Source: Phoronis australis
Taxonomy: Eukaryota; Animalia; Phoronida
Direction: 5' to 3'
DNA: 64,000 nt
Assembly: GCA_002633005.1 (NCBI GenBank)
Contig: NMRA01000027.1
Span: 1,611,118-1,675,117 of the forward strand
Below are positions 62,582-64,000 of this stretch, in pieces (positions within the stretch are counted from its first letter, which is position 1; every line of letters begins with the position of its first letter). Below the pieces are notes generated by a model. That model made no database searches. It was not told where the DNA came from and saw nothing but the letters and a program-made list of their open reading frames with translations. A program made the translations under genes and the position numbers.

Positions 62582-64000
62582 GTGCGTCCTTTATGGACGT
62601 AAAGCTGTGTTATGTTTTCCGTAAAACACAATTCTATGATATATTGAGTCATGTGTACCTTTCCTAGGTGTCTTAGTTAAACGTGAGAATAGCACCATTG
62701 TTAAATCTGATTATGGTAAGACCTGTTTTTCCGAACTCTATCTCAAATTTGATAGTTTTGTTCGATCCAATACAGGAGAAGTCTAGTCAATTGCTTGTTA
62801 CATCGTCCCTGGAGAATTTGTTCTACCAGTTTAACTTTTGATATATAGTGACGTACCTAGGATTTTCCAGTTATTGGTTACTCTCTGAATACGTTGAATA
62901 GCTGTAAAAAGTACTTCCTTTTAAAATTGAATGGGGCGGGTAACGTACATGTAGCTGTTATGGGACACGAGGAAAATTTTGTTTTTGTTCCCTTTATGTT
63001 GGGCCCAGTAGTCTGAAGTTGAAACGCCAATTATCTCGTCTTGTACATTGCATAGACCCAGCCATTGAACTGATAGTGGTTTTCAAACTTCTTTGTAGAC
63101 TATCCAATATGATGTATAACTGATGTCACCTATTCCTTTGTTAAACAATGGCAATGTTGTTTATAAGGTCGAATACTCACACAAAGACGTCTCAGACGGA
63201 GAGAACACTACACCTCGGACAAAAGCAATGTCAATAGGCACTGACTTAGTAACGTCGTCTATAAACATTGTGTCTGTAACGATCAAAAAGCTAATTCAGT
63301 CAGTGTAATCTTTAAAGAACCTGTAGAGGAATACTTTAGGTTAAAGAGTCACTGGCCATTCAGAACTAGCATGCTGCTGGTTATCTGAATTACATGCAGA
63401 GGTCAGTGACCCTATACAGCTATGGTGATGACGTGTTTGCTATTTGCTGTCATTGTTGCTGCACTCATTTCATGACTCCATGGATGTAATCTGACTCGCA
63501 TGACGACACTTGGGGTCTGATTGTTTTTATTCTGATGATGTCTAATGAAACGTCGAATTAATATCAACTTTTTCATTTGTGTGGCGATTGTCCGTTTTTT
63601 GATTCTATTATGATCAATGACTGGTGTACATGGAAGATATTTTACTCAATGATATCACCCCTGCTTAACTTTTTCTGTTTCATTCCAGCGTAGTCAATAA
63701 TGCTACTAACTGGATTAAAACTATTGGGAATCTCAATATATATCTTAAAATTAAATGAGCAATGATCTGAATCTACCTGTGCCCGCACCATTTGCAAACA
63801 ATGTTACTAGACACTGTGACGTATGCTCAATGCTCAGTGGCCATTAGTAGCTGTACGTGTTGTGCCACCTATTGTGTGCCCTGGTCGTTACCAGCCCCTC
63901 TATTTAAAACACACCCATGTGCTAATTTGCATGATGACAATAATTATGAAACATACTGGTTGTAATCGTCTTCTTCAGAACAACAGTGCTTTGCAACAAC

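Noticed and set aside
63529-63558. Hammerhead-like CTGATGA...GAAACGTC
   Set aside because: The core nucleotides are present but stem II cannot pair and stem I is only ~2 bp. At best a dead relic.

Overview
AT-rich, intron-containing genomic DNA from an animal, most likely a marine invertebrate. It comes from a draft assembly with single-N gaps at 3752, 7083, 35853 and 52139. Three genes can be reconstructed by hand. (1) The 3' part of a NEMP1/TMEM194 nuclear-envelope membrane protein gene (+, six exons, 894-6579). (2) A two-exon gene for an unrecognised ~538-aa hydrophilic protein (-, 20199-13197). (3) A very large extracellular-protein gene (+, 40771 to at least 55019, >=3116 aa) with a signal peptide, a WSC-like domain and ~72 EGF repeats. 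This protein has a Lys-rich mussel Mfp-2-like EGF block, a central cluster of furin-type sites and several odd cysteines. Its apparent frameshift at 52139 is an assembly overlap. Just after its last clear exon sits a 5.7-kb Academ-like DNA transposon with ~900-bp TIRs built from ~140-bp units. The remainder holds LINE remnants, MITE-like palindromes, minisatellites and a Penelope-like inverted repeat with hammerhead-like cores. Most short ORFs in the supplied track are spurious. All family assignments come from motif recognition and none was checked against a database.
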